Part shown: positions 46,747-55,333 of the stretch, one piece after another
How the letters are laid out: every line of letters begins with the position of its first letter
Position numbering within the stretch: the first letter of the stretch is position 1
Source of the DNA: Spirochaetia bacterium
Lineage (GTDB): Bacteria > Spirochaetota > Spirochaetia > SZUA-6 > Bin103
Assembly: GCA_965203905.1 (NCBI GenBank)
Contig: CBDBDQ010000005.1
Coordinates: 2,528,001 to 2,592,000 of the forward strand
DNA length: 64,000 nt
Direction: 5' to 3'
The notes under the pieces: model-generated
Told to the model about the DNA's origin: nothing
Seen by the model: only the letters and a program-made list of their open reading frames with translations
Database searches by the model: none
Program-made: the position numbers and the translations under genes

Positions 46747-48234
46747 ATGCATAGAAAGGGTGCAAGCACCTTGCTAATGGTTGTCGTAAGCGTAGTGGTT
46801 ACTCAGGTCGGCTGCGTCTTTGCGCCGACCCCAATGCCGGCAAGGGATCCCTCACCCGAGGAACGGATGGCGGACCTCGAAACGGAGCTCGGGGTTCTGG
46901 AAGGCGAGCTGGCAGCCGCACAGGCGGAGTTGGACCAATCCAGGGAGACGGTACGGGAGGCCGAGGAATCGGCCACCGAGGCGCAGGCGGAAACCGCACG
47001 TGCGAAGGACGCTGCTGAGGCCGCGGCGAGCGCGGCGCGCGAGGCCCAGGCGGAGACCGAACGGGCACAGGCCGAAGTTCGCGAGGCGCAGGTGGAATCC
47101 GAGCGGGCGCAGGCCGCGGCCAGCGCGGCGCGGGCGGAGAGCTCGGAGGCGCGCGCGGCTGCTGCTGCTGCCGAAGCCGCGCTCGCGAAGGCGATCCGCA
47201 CCCTGACCCAGCCCAATTACTCCGTGGTCGTGCAGGACCGTCAGGGGCGCAGAGTCGAGCTGCTTTCGGGGCTGGATCTGCGAATGCTGAATCTGGACTC
47301 TGCCCTGCTCTCCGTCGCCGGTCCTGACTCCATCTACCTCAAGGGAATCCGCTATGGCTCGGAGGAGTTCAGCGCACGCTTGCGCTACCCCGACCTCGGT
47401 ACGATTTCAGACCTGGACCTGACCACTCCGGCGCTGGATGTGGTGGCGCGTGACGCGCTGGTGGTATCCAACGTGGGTATCGGTGGTGCCGCCTACGCAA
47501 TTACCCTCCAATTCGGAGCCGACGGGACAGTTTCCATCACCCGCCAGGCACTGGGCCACAAGGTCAGGACGGCCGCGGAGCTGCTGCGCGACCAGTTGGT
47601 CGGCGCAGCCGTCGGCAATCGCATCGTGCGCGGCTTCGGCGGGGGCCAGGCGCTACCGGGCGAAGGCGCCTGGTCGCGCACCGCCCCCGGCAGGGTGAGT
47701 CAGACCGATCGGGAAGCCAGTCATGCCAAGTTCGCGATCGGTCCCAGGGCGCTGCCCAAGGCGACCACGTTGTACGGGGTAACCGCCAACGCCGACGGCA
47801 GCGTCAAGGCAGGGTTTGGCCTGCACTTCCTGGCATCCGAAGCGCCGGCCTCGGGCAATACCTGGAACTTCGGGCGTTCCTACCTGCTGTGGGCCACGCA
47901 GGAGCCGGCCTTCTTCGGGACCGACGATACGCAGATACAGCTCTACGAGTCGCAGGACGACAACCGCCTGGTGTGGCGGAAGAGCCGGAGCATCGCCCGG
48001 CCGTTGGCGTCGGGCGTCACTCTGGAAGCTCTCCACGACCCCGGCGACTGCATGGCGATGCCGGGTGACGCGCCGTGCCACGGGTCGATCACCGTGCTGG
48101 CTGACGGCGTGGAGCAGTTCACCGTCCCGGTCTCGGCGGAGGTCGCTCAGGGCGCCGCCGACACGATTGCGCTGCGGGCACTCGGCGGCCCGGCGGAATT
48201 TACCGAAGTGTACGTGATTTCACGCGACCGCTGA
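46747..48234 (+). CDS. Hypothetical lipoprotein: coiled coil, one beta module, C-terminal beta-sandwich; short paralog of the downstream gene
   Basis: SD GGAGGA; MHRKG...TQVG-C; Ala/Glu heptads; SVAGPDSIY; ASHAKFAI; GNTWNFGRSYL shared with 48377..52504. Confidence 0.85.
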   Translation: MHRKGASTLLMVVVSVVVTQVGCVFAPTPMPARDPSPEERMADLETELGVLEGELAAAQAELDQSRETVREAEESATEAQAETARAKDAAEAAASAAREAQAETERAQAEVREAQVESERAQAAASAARAESSEARAAAAAAEAALAKAIRTLTQPNYSVVVQDRQGRRVELLSGLDLRMLNLDSALLSVAGPDSIYLKGIRYGSEEFSARLRYPDLGTISDLDLTTPALDVVARDALVVSNVGIGGAAYAITLQFGADGTVSITRQALGHKVRTAAELLRDQLVGAAVGNRIVRGFGGGQALPGEGAWSRTAPGRVSQTDREASHAKFAIGPRALPKATTLYGVTANADGSVKAGFGLHFLASEAPASGNTWNFGRSYLLWATQEPAFFGTDDTQIQLYESQDDNRLVWRKSRSIARPLASGVTLEALHDPGDCMAMPGDAPCHGSITVLADGVEQFTVPVSAEVAQGAADTIALRALGGPAEFTEVYVISRDR

Positions 48235-48376
48235 CTCTGGCGGCACCGGCAACTCGCGTGCGCAACTGCGGCTGCGCAGACTACCGCACGGTTGCGTTCC
48301 GGGCCATGCTATGTTGATATGAACGTCCCGTCTGGACGGGATTCGGCTCAGCGTTGTGAGGAAGAGGAGAAGGGCA

Positions 48377-51300
48377 ATGCATAGAATAGGGATCGGCGCA
48401 GCTCTGCTTGTCGCTGCGATTTCATTGGTGAGTCAGACCGGCTGTGTGTCTCCGGCCGATGTAGAAGAGGAGGCCGAGGCTCCGGCACCGGTGGAACCGA
48501 AAGCGGCCGACCTGGACACCAAGGTGGCCGACCTGGAAGCGGAAGTCGCCGCGCTCACGGATCAGGTGGCGGCAGCGCAGGAAGACGCAGCTGCTGCGGA
48601 GGAAGACGCAGCTGCTGCGGAGGAAGAGGCAGCTGCTGCGCAGGCGGAAGCGGCGGCGGCAGAGGCGGATGCCGCGACCGCGCAGGCGGCGCTGAGCGAG
48701 GCCGAGGCGATGGCCTCTTCCGCCGAGGAAGCCGCCAGTCAGGCACGTGCGGTAAGCGAGCGTGCTCAGGCCGAGACCCGGCAAGCCCAAGCCGAGGTTG
48801 CGGCATTGCTGGCGGCAGCTCCCGCACCGGGAATCGAGGTCTCCCCTGACCAGATCGATATCAGCTTGCTGGATGTCGACTCGGCGCAGGTGTCGCTGGC
48901 GGGTCCTGACGCCATCTACGTGTCGTCGATCAGGTACGCCGGGCTGCCCTACTCCGCTCTGCTGAGATACCAGGGCGGGACCAGCGCCACGATAGCGCGC
49001 GTCTACGGTCCCAGTGGCGCGCTCATTCCCGATTCGGTCGATCTGTCGCAGACGGTGCTCTCGCTCGTGGCGCCGGACATTCTCGACGTCGCCAACGTGG
49101 GGGTGCACGGTCGCGGCTACTCGGGTCAGCTACGCTACACCGGCGGCAACCAGTTGCAGGTTGCCGGCATTCAGCGGGTCACGCTGCCGCCTACCGCAGC
49201 GCAGCAGATTGCCGGTTTGCAGCAGCAACTGGCCGCCGCGCAGGCAGAAAGCGCCCGCACCATGGACGCACTGGGCGCCGCGGAAGCCTCTGCGCGAGAA
49301 GCGCAGGATGCACTGGCCGTGGCGGAGGCGGCAGCCGCGGCGGCCCATGACGAGGCGGCGGCAGCACGTGGCGAAGTGGCGGCGGCCCGCGACGAGGCGG
49401 CGGCAGCCCGTGACGAAGTGGCGGCGGCGCAGTCCAAGGTGGACATGATGCTGGCGGACGCGTACCAGCCGTCGGCGGTGGCGGTGGCGGCGGACCGGCT
49501 CGACGGGAGTCTGTTGAGCCTGGCGGGCGCGCGCGCGTCGCTGGCGGGTCCGGACCGGGTGTACGTGACGGCGATCGAGTACGCCGGCGAGAGCTATTCG
49601 GCATTGCTGAGGTACCGAGGCGGTACCACGGCGACGGTGGAGCAGGTGTACGGGCCGAGCGGGAAGCTGATTCCGGACTCGGTGGGGTTGGCGCAGACGC
49701 GGCTGGCGTTCGTGGCGCCGGACGTGCTGGACATCGCTTACGTGGAAGTGGACGGCCAGGGATACTCCGGCCAGCTGCGCTACGCGGGTGACAACCGGCT
49801 GGAGGTTGCCGCGATACGGCGCGTGACGTTGCCGCCGACGGCCGCGGAGATGGCCGCGGAGGCGGCCGCAGAAGCGGTCGCGGAAGCGCAGTCGGCGGCC
49901 GACGCCGCGGTAGCGGCGGCGCAGGACAGCGCGGCCGCGGCAATGAGCGACGCGGAGGCGGCGGTGGCCGCGGCGGAAGCGGCCGCGGCGGCTGCCCGGG
50001 ACGAAGCGGCGGCTGCCCGTGACGAAGTGGCGGCGGCGCAGGCCAAGGTCGACATGATGCAGGCGGACGCGTACCAGCCGTCGGCGGTGGCGGTGTCCGC
50101 GGACCGGCTCGACGGGAGTCTGTTGAGCCTGGCGGGCGCGCGCGCGTCGCTGGCGGGTCCGGACCGGGTGTACGTGACGTCGATCGAGTACGCCGGCGAG
50201 GATTATTCGGCATTGCTGAGGTACCGAGGCGGTACGACGGCGACGGTGGAGCAGGTGTACGGGCCGAGCGGGAAGCTGATTCCGGACTCGGTGGGGTTGG
50301 CGCAGACGCGGCTGGCGTTCGTGGCGCCGGACGTGCTGGACATCGCTTACGTGGAAGTGGACGGCCAGGGATACTCCGGCCAGCTGCGCTACGCGGGTGA
50401 CAACCGCCTGGAGGTTGCCGGGATACGGCGCGTGACGCTGCCACCCACGGCGGCACAACAGGTGTCGGCGGCGGAAGCGGCGGCGGCCGAGGCGGTCGCG
50501 GCGGCGCAGTCGGCGGCCGACGCCGCGGTAACGGAGGCTCAGCAGAGCGCGGCCACCGCGGAGGCGGCAACCGCAGCGGCGGAAGCGGCAACTGCAGCGG
50601 CGGAGGCGGCAACCGAGGCTGCGCTGGCACAAGCCGCCGCGGCGCGCGGCGAAGCGGCGGCGGCGCAGGCCAAGGTCGACATGATGCAGGCGGATGCGTA
50701 TCAGCCATCCGCGATAACCGTGGCGGCGGGCCAGCTCGTTCCCGGCCGGTTGAGCTTCGACGCGGCACGCGCGTCGCTGGCCGGACCGGATACGATCTAC
50801 GTCTCGTCGATCATGTACGACGGCCAGAGCTACTCGGCGTTGCTCAAGTACCAGGGCGGCACCACCGCGACGGTGGAGCAGGTGTATGGGCCGCGTGGCA
50901 AGCTGATACCGGACTCGGTGGGTCTGGCCCAGACCCAGTTGGCATTCGCACCGCCGAACGCCTTGAACATCTCCTACGTCGAGGTGGGCGGGCAGGGTTA
51001 CGCCGGGCAATTGCGTTACAGCGGCGGCAATCGGCTGGAGGTAACGGGGATCCAGCGTGTGACCCTGCCGCCGACGGCGGCCCAGCAGGTGGCAGCCGCG
51101 GAAGCGGCGGCGGCCGTAGCGGTAGCCGACGCGGAGGCCACGGCGGCCACAGCGGTAGCCGACGCGGAGGCCACGGCCGCCGCAGCGGTAGCCGATGCGG
51201 AAGCTATGGCAGCAGCAACGATAGCCGACGCGCAAGCCACGGCGGCCGCGGCGGTAGCCGATGCGGAAGCCACGGCAGCAGCAACGATAGCCGACGCGGA

Positions 51301-52504
51301 AGCCACGGCGGCCGCGGCGATAGCCGATGCGGAAGCCACGGCTGCAGCGGCAGTGGCGGATGCGGAAGCCGCCGCCGCCGTCGCGATGAGCGACGCCGAA
51401 GCCGCGGCGTCCGCGGCCCGAATGGCGGCGGCTGACGCGGCCGAGGCGCGCGCCGAGCTCGCGGTCCTGATGCGGGATCTGGAAGGCCGCCGCGTGGTAC
51501 CGACCGCGGTGGATTTCAACCTCGTCGATCTGGATTCCGCGCGGGTATCGGTCGCCGGTCCGGACTCGATCTACGTTTCCGGGATCAGGTACGACGGGGG
51601 CGAGTTCGCCGCCCGCCTGCGCTACACCGGCGCCAGCCGCGGGGTGGTGGAGGCGCTGTTCGATACCAGCTCGGGCGGGCTTCCGGAGCTCGATCTGTCG
51701 GCACCTGAGATGGCGGTGCTCGGTGCCGAGACAATGGTGATCTCCAACGTCGGAATCGGCGGCGTAGCCTACTCCTTTACCCTGCGCATCAGCGGGGATG
51801 GAGGCATCGTGATCTCCCAGCAGTCGCAGGGTCATCCGGTGAGGACCGCCGCCGAGCTGCTCCGGGACGAGCTGCTGAGCTCCCCCGGCATCGCCCGCGT
51901 GGTGAGTGGGGCGGGCGGCGGCCGGGCGCTGCCGGACGAGGGGAGCTGGCTCGCTTCCAGCGCCGGTGTCGTGAGCCAGACCGACGTCGAAGCCAGTCAT
52001 GCGAAGTTCGCGATCCGCAACGTGCGGCAGCCCGCGGTGCCTACCCTGTATGGCGTGTCGGTGCGTACCCCCGGAGCCCAGAAGTTGGGATACGGGCTGC
52101 ACTTCCTGGCCTCGCGCACGCCGCAGTCCGGCAACACCTGGAACTTCGGCCGGTCGTACCTGGTATGGGCCACCCGCGAGCATGACTTCTACGACACGAA
52201 GGCGACGCAGGTGCAACTCTACGAGTCGTTCGACGGCAATCGATTGATGTGGCTGAACAGCCGCAACCTGTTGCAGGGGTTGACGCCCGGCTTGACGCTG
52301 GAGGCGCTCTACCACCCGGACGACTGTCCGGAGCCGATGGGCGGCGCGCCGTGCTACGGATCGATCACCGTATTCGTGGACGGCGTCGAGCAGTTCAAGG
52401 TGGCAGTGTCGGAGAACGTCGCCGGGCAGGCGGCGGATTCGATTGCGCTACGAGCCCTGGGCGGGCCGATCGAGTTTGCCGATCTGTACGTGCATTCGCG
52501 CTGA
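48377..52504 (+). CDS. Large modular repeat lipoprotein (five beta modules on Ala-rich stalks plus C-terminal beta-sandwich)
   Basis: SD GAGGAG; MHRIG...SQTG-C; five SLAGPD/SVAGPD modules; uninterrupted ~1375-codon ORF. Confidence 0.9.
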   Translation: MHRIGIGAALLVAAISLVSQTGCVSPADVEEEAEAPAPVEPKAADLDTKVADLEAEVAALTDQVAAAQEDAAAAEEDAAAAEEEAAAAQAEAAAAEADAATAQAALSEAEAMASSAEEAASQARAVSERAQAETRQAQAEVAALLAAAPAPGIEVSPDQIDISLLDVDSAQVSLAGPDAIYVSSIRYAGLPYSALLRYQGGTSATIARVYGPSGALIPDSVDLSQTVLSLVAPDILDVANVGVHGRGYSGQLRYTGGNQLQVAGIQRVTLPPTAAQQIAGLQQQLAAAQAESARTMDALGAAEASAREAQDALAVAEAAAAAAHDEAAAARGEVAAARDEAAAARDEVAAAQSKVDMMLADAYQPSAVAVAADRLDGSLLSLAGARASLAGPDRVYVTAIEYAGESYSALLRYRGGTTATVEQVYGPSGKLIPDSVGLAQTRLAFVAPDVLDIAYVEVDGQGYSGQLRYAGDNRLEVAAIRRVTLPPTAAEMAAEAAAEAVAEAQSAADAAVAAAQDSAAAAMSDAEAAVAAAEAAAAAARDEAAAARDEVAAAQAKVDMMQADAYQPSAVAVSADRLDGSLLSLAGARASLAGPDRVYVTSIEYAGEDYSALLRYRGGTTATVEQVYGPSGKLIPDSVGLAQTRLAFVAPDVLDIAYVEVDGQGYSGQLRYAGDNRLEVAGIRRVTLPPTAAQQVSAAEAAAAEAVAAAQSAADAAVTEAQQSAATAEAATAAAEAATAAAEAATEAALAQAAAARGEAAAAQAKVDMMQADAYQPSAITVAAGQLVPGRLSFDAARASLAGPDTIYVSSIMYDGQSYSALLKYQGGTTATVEQVYGPRGKLIPDSVGLAQTQLAFAPPNALNISYVEVGGQGYAGQLRYSGGNRLEVTGIQRVTLPPTAAQQVAAAEAAAAVAVADAEATAATAVADAEATAAAAVADAEAMAAATIADAQATAAAAVADAEATAAATIADAEATAAAAIADAEATAAAAVADAEAAAAVAMSDAEAAASAARMAAADAAEARAELAVLMRDLEGRRVVPTAVDFNLVDLDSARVSVAGPDSIYVSGIRYDGGEFAARLRYTGASRGVVEALFDTSSGGLPELDLSAPEMAVLGAETMVISNVGIGGVAYSFTLRISGDGGIVISQQSQGHPVRTAAELLRDELLSSPGIARVVSGAGGGRALPDEGSWLASSAGVVSQTDVEASHAKFAIRNVRQPAVPTLYGVSVRTPGAQKLGYGLHFLASRTPQSGNTWNFGRSYLVWATREHDFYDTKATQVQLYESFDGNRLMWLNSRNLLQGLTPGLTLEALYHPDDCPEPMGGAPCYGSITVFVDGVEQFKVAVSENVAGQAADSIALRALGGPIEFADLYVHSR
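48575..48672 (+). repeat. 21-nt tandem repeat encoding Ala-rich heptads
   Basis: GCGCAGGAAGACGCAGCTGCT / GCGGAGGAAGACGCAGCTGCT / GCGGAGGAAGAGGCAGCTGCT, then degenerate copies. Confidence 0.8.
49385..50450 (+). repeat. Near-identical direct duplication with ~609-nt period inside the large lipoprotein (third, more diverged copy ~627 nt further on)
   Basis: GACATGATG anchors at 49442, 50051 and 50678; ~450-nt blocks (49385-49840 vs 49994-50449) match almost base for base. Confidence 0.92.
51119..51415 (+). repeat. 33-nt tandem repeat, about 9 copies, encoding hendecads AVADAEATAAA
   Basis: GCGGTAGCCGACGCGGAGGCCACGGCGGCCACA and variants recurring every 33 nt. Confidence 0.9.
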
Positions 52505-52526
52505 CCGGCGAAGGTAGGTTCCGGGC

Positions 52527-53867
52527 TCAGGTGCCGGCGGGGATAGCGGTCAGGACCCCGTCGGCCAGGGCCCGGGTGACGGTGACGCGGCGCAGCTCGC
52601 CGGCGGCCGGCCGCTTGGGGACGGGGAACCGGACCCGCAGATACGATTCGCCGTAGCCGGTGGCGATGCCGCCGGTGGTTTCCTCCACCAGCACCCGTTG
52701 CTGGCGGCCACACAGCCGCCGTGCCAGGCGCCGGCGTCCGGCGGCCGCCACTTCGCGTATCGCCGCGCTGCGCTGCGCCTTGACCGGTTCCGGCACGGCA
52801 TCCGCCATTCGCGCGGCCCGCGTCCCTGCCCGTGGCGAGTAGCGGAAGGTGTGGATGTGGCCGAAGTCGACGCTTTCGCAGAGCGCGAGAGTCCGCTCGA
52901 AGTCGGCGTCGGTCTCGCCGGGGAAGCCCACCAGCACGTCGGTGCTGAAGTGGGCGGGAACTCCGCGCCGGTCCCAGGTTGCGCGGATCCGGGTGATCAG
53001 GTCCACGTAGCGGTCCACGTCGTACTCGCGCCGCATGCGCAGCAGCACGCGGTCGGACCCACTCTGCAGGCACAGGTGCAGATGTGGACACAGCTTGTCG
53101 TGGGCGGTGAGATCGATGAAGCGCTCATCGAGCGGATCCGGCTCCAACGAGGAGATGCGGATCCGGTAGTCGCCCGGGAGTTCCAGCAACTCCTGCAGCA
53201 AACGGCTGAAGCTCCAGCCGCACCAGTCGTAGCGGCCGATGTTGACGCCGGTCAGCACCAGTTCGTGGTGGCCGTCCGCAAGCAGGCGGCGCGCCTCCTG
53301 CAGGATGGCGGGGGCGGCGCGGCTGCGGGCCCGGCCGCGCACCGCCGGGATGATGCAGAACGTGCAGTGGTTGTCGCATCCATCCTGGATCTTGATGGTG
53401 GCGCGCGTATGCAGCGGCTGCGGTCCGGGGCGGTAGCCGAACGGATCGGTCGGCAGCGCCGCCGGATCTGCCACCTCGCCGGCCAGATGGGCGGCGACCA
53501 GATCGAAGATCCGGCTCTTGCGGGCATTGTCGACCGCGTAGTCGACGCCCGGCAGGTCGCACGCCACCCCGCCCTGGGCGGTGACGTAGCAGCCGGTGGC
53601 CACCACCAGCGCACCGCCTGCCGCAGCGCCAGGTGCCGAGCGGTCGCTGGTTCCCGGCCCGGGCTGACGAATGGCGCGCCGCAGGGCATTGCGCGACTTG
53701 CGGTCGGCCTGGCCGGTCACCGTGCAGGTATTGACCACTACCACGTCGGGCGACTCGCCGGCACTTACGATGCGATAGCCGGCCGCCAGGAAGCGCGCCG
53801 CGAGGGCGTCGCTCTCGGCGATGTTGAGCCGGCAGCCGAGGTTGGTAAAGGCGATGGAAGGCGGCAT
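52527..53867 (-). CDS. mtaB: tRNA t6A37 methylthiotransferase (MtaB-type radical SAM)
   Basis: LGCRLN, NTCTVT, TGCY, IKIQDGCDNHCTFCIIP, LTGVNIG, VGFPGET, FRYSPR. Confidence 0.9.
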   Translation of the reverse strand: MPPSIAFTNLGCRLNIAESDALAARFLAAGYRIVSAGESPDVVVVNTCTVTGQADRKSRNALRRAIRQPGPGTSDRSAPGAAAGGALVVATGCYVTAQGGVACDLPGVDYAVDNARKSRIFDLVAAHLAGEVADPAALPTDPFGYRPGPQPLHTRATIKIQDGCDNHCTFCIIPAVRGRARSRAAPAILQEARRLLADGHHELVLTGVNIGRYDWCGWSFSRLLQELLELPGDYRIRISSLEPDPLDERFIDLTAHDKLCPHLHLCLQSGSDRVLLRMRREYDVDRYVDLITRIRATWDRRGVPAHFSTDVLVGFPGETDADFERTLALCESVDFGHIHTFRYSPRAGTRAARMADAVPEPVKAQRSAAIREVAAAGRRRLARRLCGRQQRVLVEETTGGIATGYGESYLRVRFPVPKRPAAGELRRVTVTRALADGVLTAIPAGT

Positions 53868-53890
53868 CGGCCGCGTAAGGCGGAGACGGC

Positions 53891-55138
53891 TCAGGCGCTG
53901 CGACCGGGCAACGCCGAGGCGCCGGATTCCTGTTGGTAGTGGCTGAAGAAACGATGCAGCCTCGCGGTCACCTCGGTGATCTGATCGACCCGAGGCAGAG
54001 ACACCACGCGGAAGTGATCCGGGCGAATCCAGCCGAAGGCGCTGCCCTGGACCAGCAGCACTTTCTCCTCCATCAGCAGATCCAGGATCAGCCGCTCATC
54101 GTCCAGAATCCCGAAGCGGTCGGTATCCACCTTGGGAAACAGGTAGAACGCGCCCTGCGGCTTGACGCAGCTGATTCCGGGAATGGAGGTCAGGGCGTCG
54201 TACAGCGCGTTGCGCTGCTGCGTCAGCCGTCCGCCCGGGGCGGTGAGCTGATTGATGCTCTGGAAGCCTCCCAGCGAGGTCTGGATGGCGAGTTGGCCGG
54301 GTACGTTGGCGCCCAGCCGCATGGCGGAAAGGATGCCGAGGCCCTCGATGAAATCGCGCGCCGCATGCTTGGCGCCGCTGAGGAGCATCCAGCCGGAACG
54401 GTAGCCGGGGATCCGATAGGTCTTGGAGAGACCGTTGAACGTGGCGATGAGGATGTCGTCGGCCAACAGCGCCAGGGGGGTATGCCGCACACCGTCGTAC
54501 ACGATCTTGTCGTAGATCTCGTCGGCGAACAGCACCAGCCGGTGCTCGCGCGCCAGCGCCACGATTCGCTCCAGGCACTCGCGCGGGTACACCGCACCCG
54601 TTGGGTTGTTGGGATTGATCACCACGATGGCACGGGTACGGGAGGTGATCCTGGAGGCGATGTCGGCGGTGTCCGGCGCCCAGCCCGACTCCTCGTCGCA
54701 CAGGTAGTGCACCGCACGTCCGCCGGCGAGGTTCACCGCCGCGGTCCACAGCGGATAGTCGGGGGCCGGTAACAGCACTTCGTCGCCATCGTTGAGCAAC
54801 CCCTGCAGCGCCATGGTGATCAGCTCGCTGACGCCGTTGCCGAGGAAGATGTCGTCGATCTGCACCCGCGGCACGCCGAGCGCCTGGTAGTGCTGCATCA
54901 CCGCCTTGCGGGCGGTGGACAACCCCTGCGACTCGCTGTAACCCTGCCCCTGGCTGAGATTCGCGATCACGTCGTGGACGATCTCCTCGGGTGCTTCGAA
55001 ACCCCACGGCGCGGGATCGCCGATGTTGAGCTTGGCTACCCGGAAGCCTTCCTCCTCCAGGCGCCGCGCAGCGGCCAGAATCGGACCACGAATGTCGTAG
55101 CGCACGTCCTTGAGCTTGTCCGATTTCATCAGTTGCAT
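53891..55138 (-). CDS. alaA: Glutamate-pyruvate aminotransferase (AlaA/AlaT, class I PLP)
   Basis: YDIRGP, KLNIGDP, GNGVSELI, PDYPLWTA, NPNNPTGA, DEIYDK, FNGLSK. Confidence 0.92.
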   Translation of the reverse strand: MQLMKSDKLKDVRYDIRGPILAAARRLEEEGFRVAKLNIGDPAPWGFEAPEEIVHDVIANLSQGQGYSESQGLSTARKAVMQHYQALGVPRVQIDDIFLGNGVSELITMALQGLLNDGDEVLLPAPDYPLWTAAVNLAGGRAVHYLCDEESGWAPDTADIASRITSRTRAIVVINPNNPTGAVYPRECLERIVALAREHRLVLFADEIYDKIVYDGVRHTPLALLADDILIATFNGLSKTYRIPGYRSGWMLLSGAKHAARDFIEGLGILSAMRLGANVPGQLAIQTSLGGFQSINQLTAPGGRLTQQRNALYDALTSIPGISCVKPQGAFYLFPKVDTDRFGILDDERLILDLLMEEKVLLVQGSAFGWIRPDHFRVVSLPRVDQITEVTARLHRFFSHYQQESGASALPGRSA

Positions 55139-55333
55139 GGCGTAATCCCTCGTCTGGCACGCATCCGGCCGACGGCACCCCATGGCGGGCCGTGGCCGGC
55201 GGTACATCGCCGCCGGCTGATCCGGGGCGTTGGAAGAGCCAAATAATACCGCTTCCCGCGCCTGTCGGCTACCGACAAACAGCACTCACTTGCTCCGCTT
55301 GACCCGGTGGCGCCGAGCGGCGCTCATTGGGGC

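Noticed and set aside
49385-50450. Repeat pair as a diversity-generating retroelement TR/VR
   Set aside because: Both copies are in-frame in one gene, differences are not adenine-specific, and no reverse transcriptase is in the window.
51119-51415. 33-nt periodic repeat as a possible CRISPR array
   Set aside because: Units are contiguous without unique spacers, vary mainly at codon level within a CDS, and no cas genes are present.
49130-52315. 1061-aa and 525-aa antisense ORFs over the large lipoprotein
   Set aside because: Shadow frames of GC-rich Ala repeats with Arg/Pro-rich composition.
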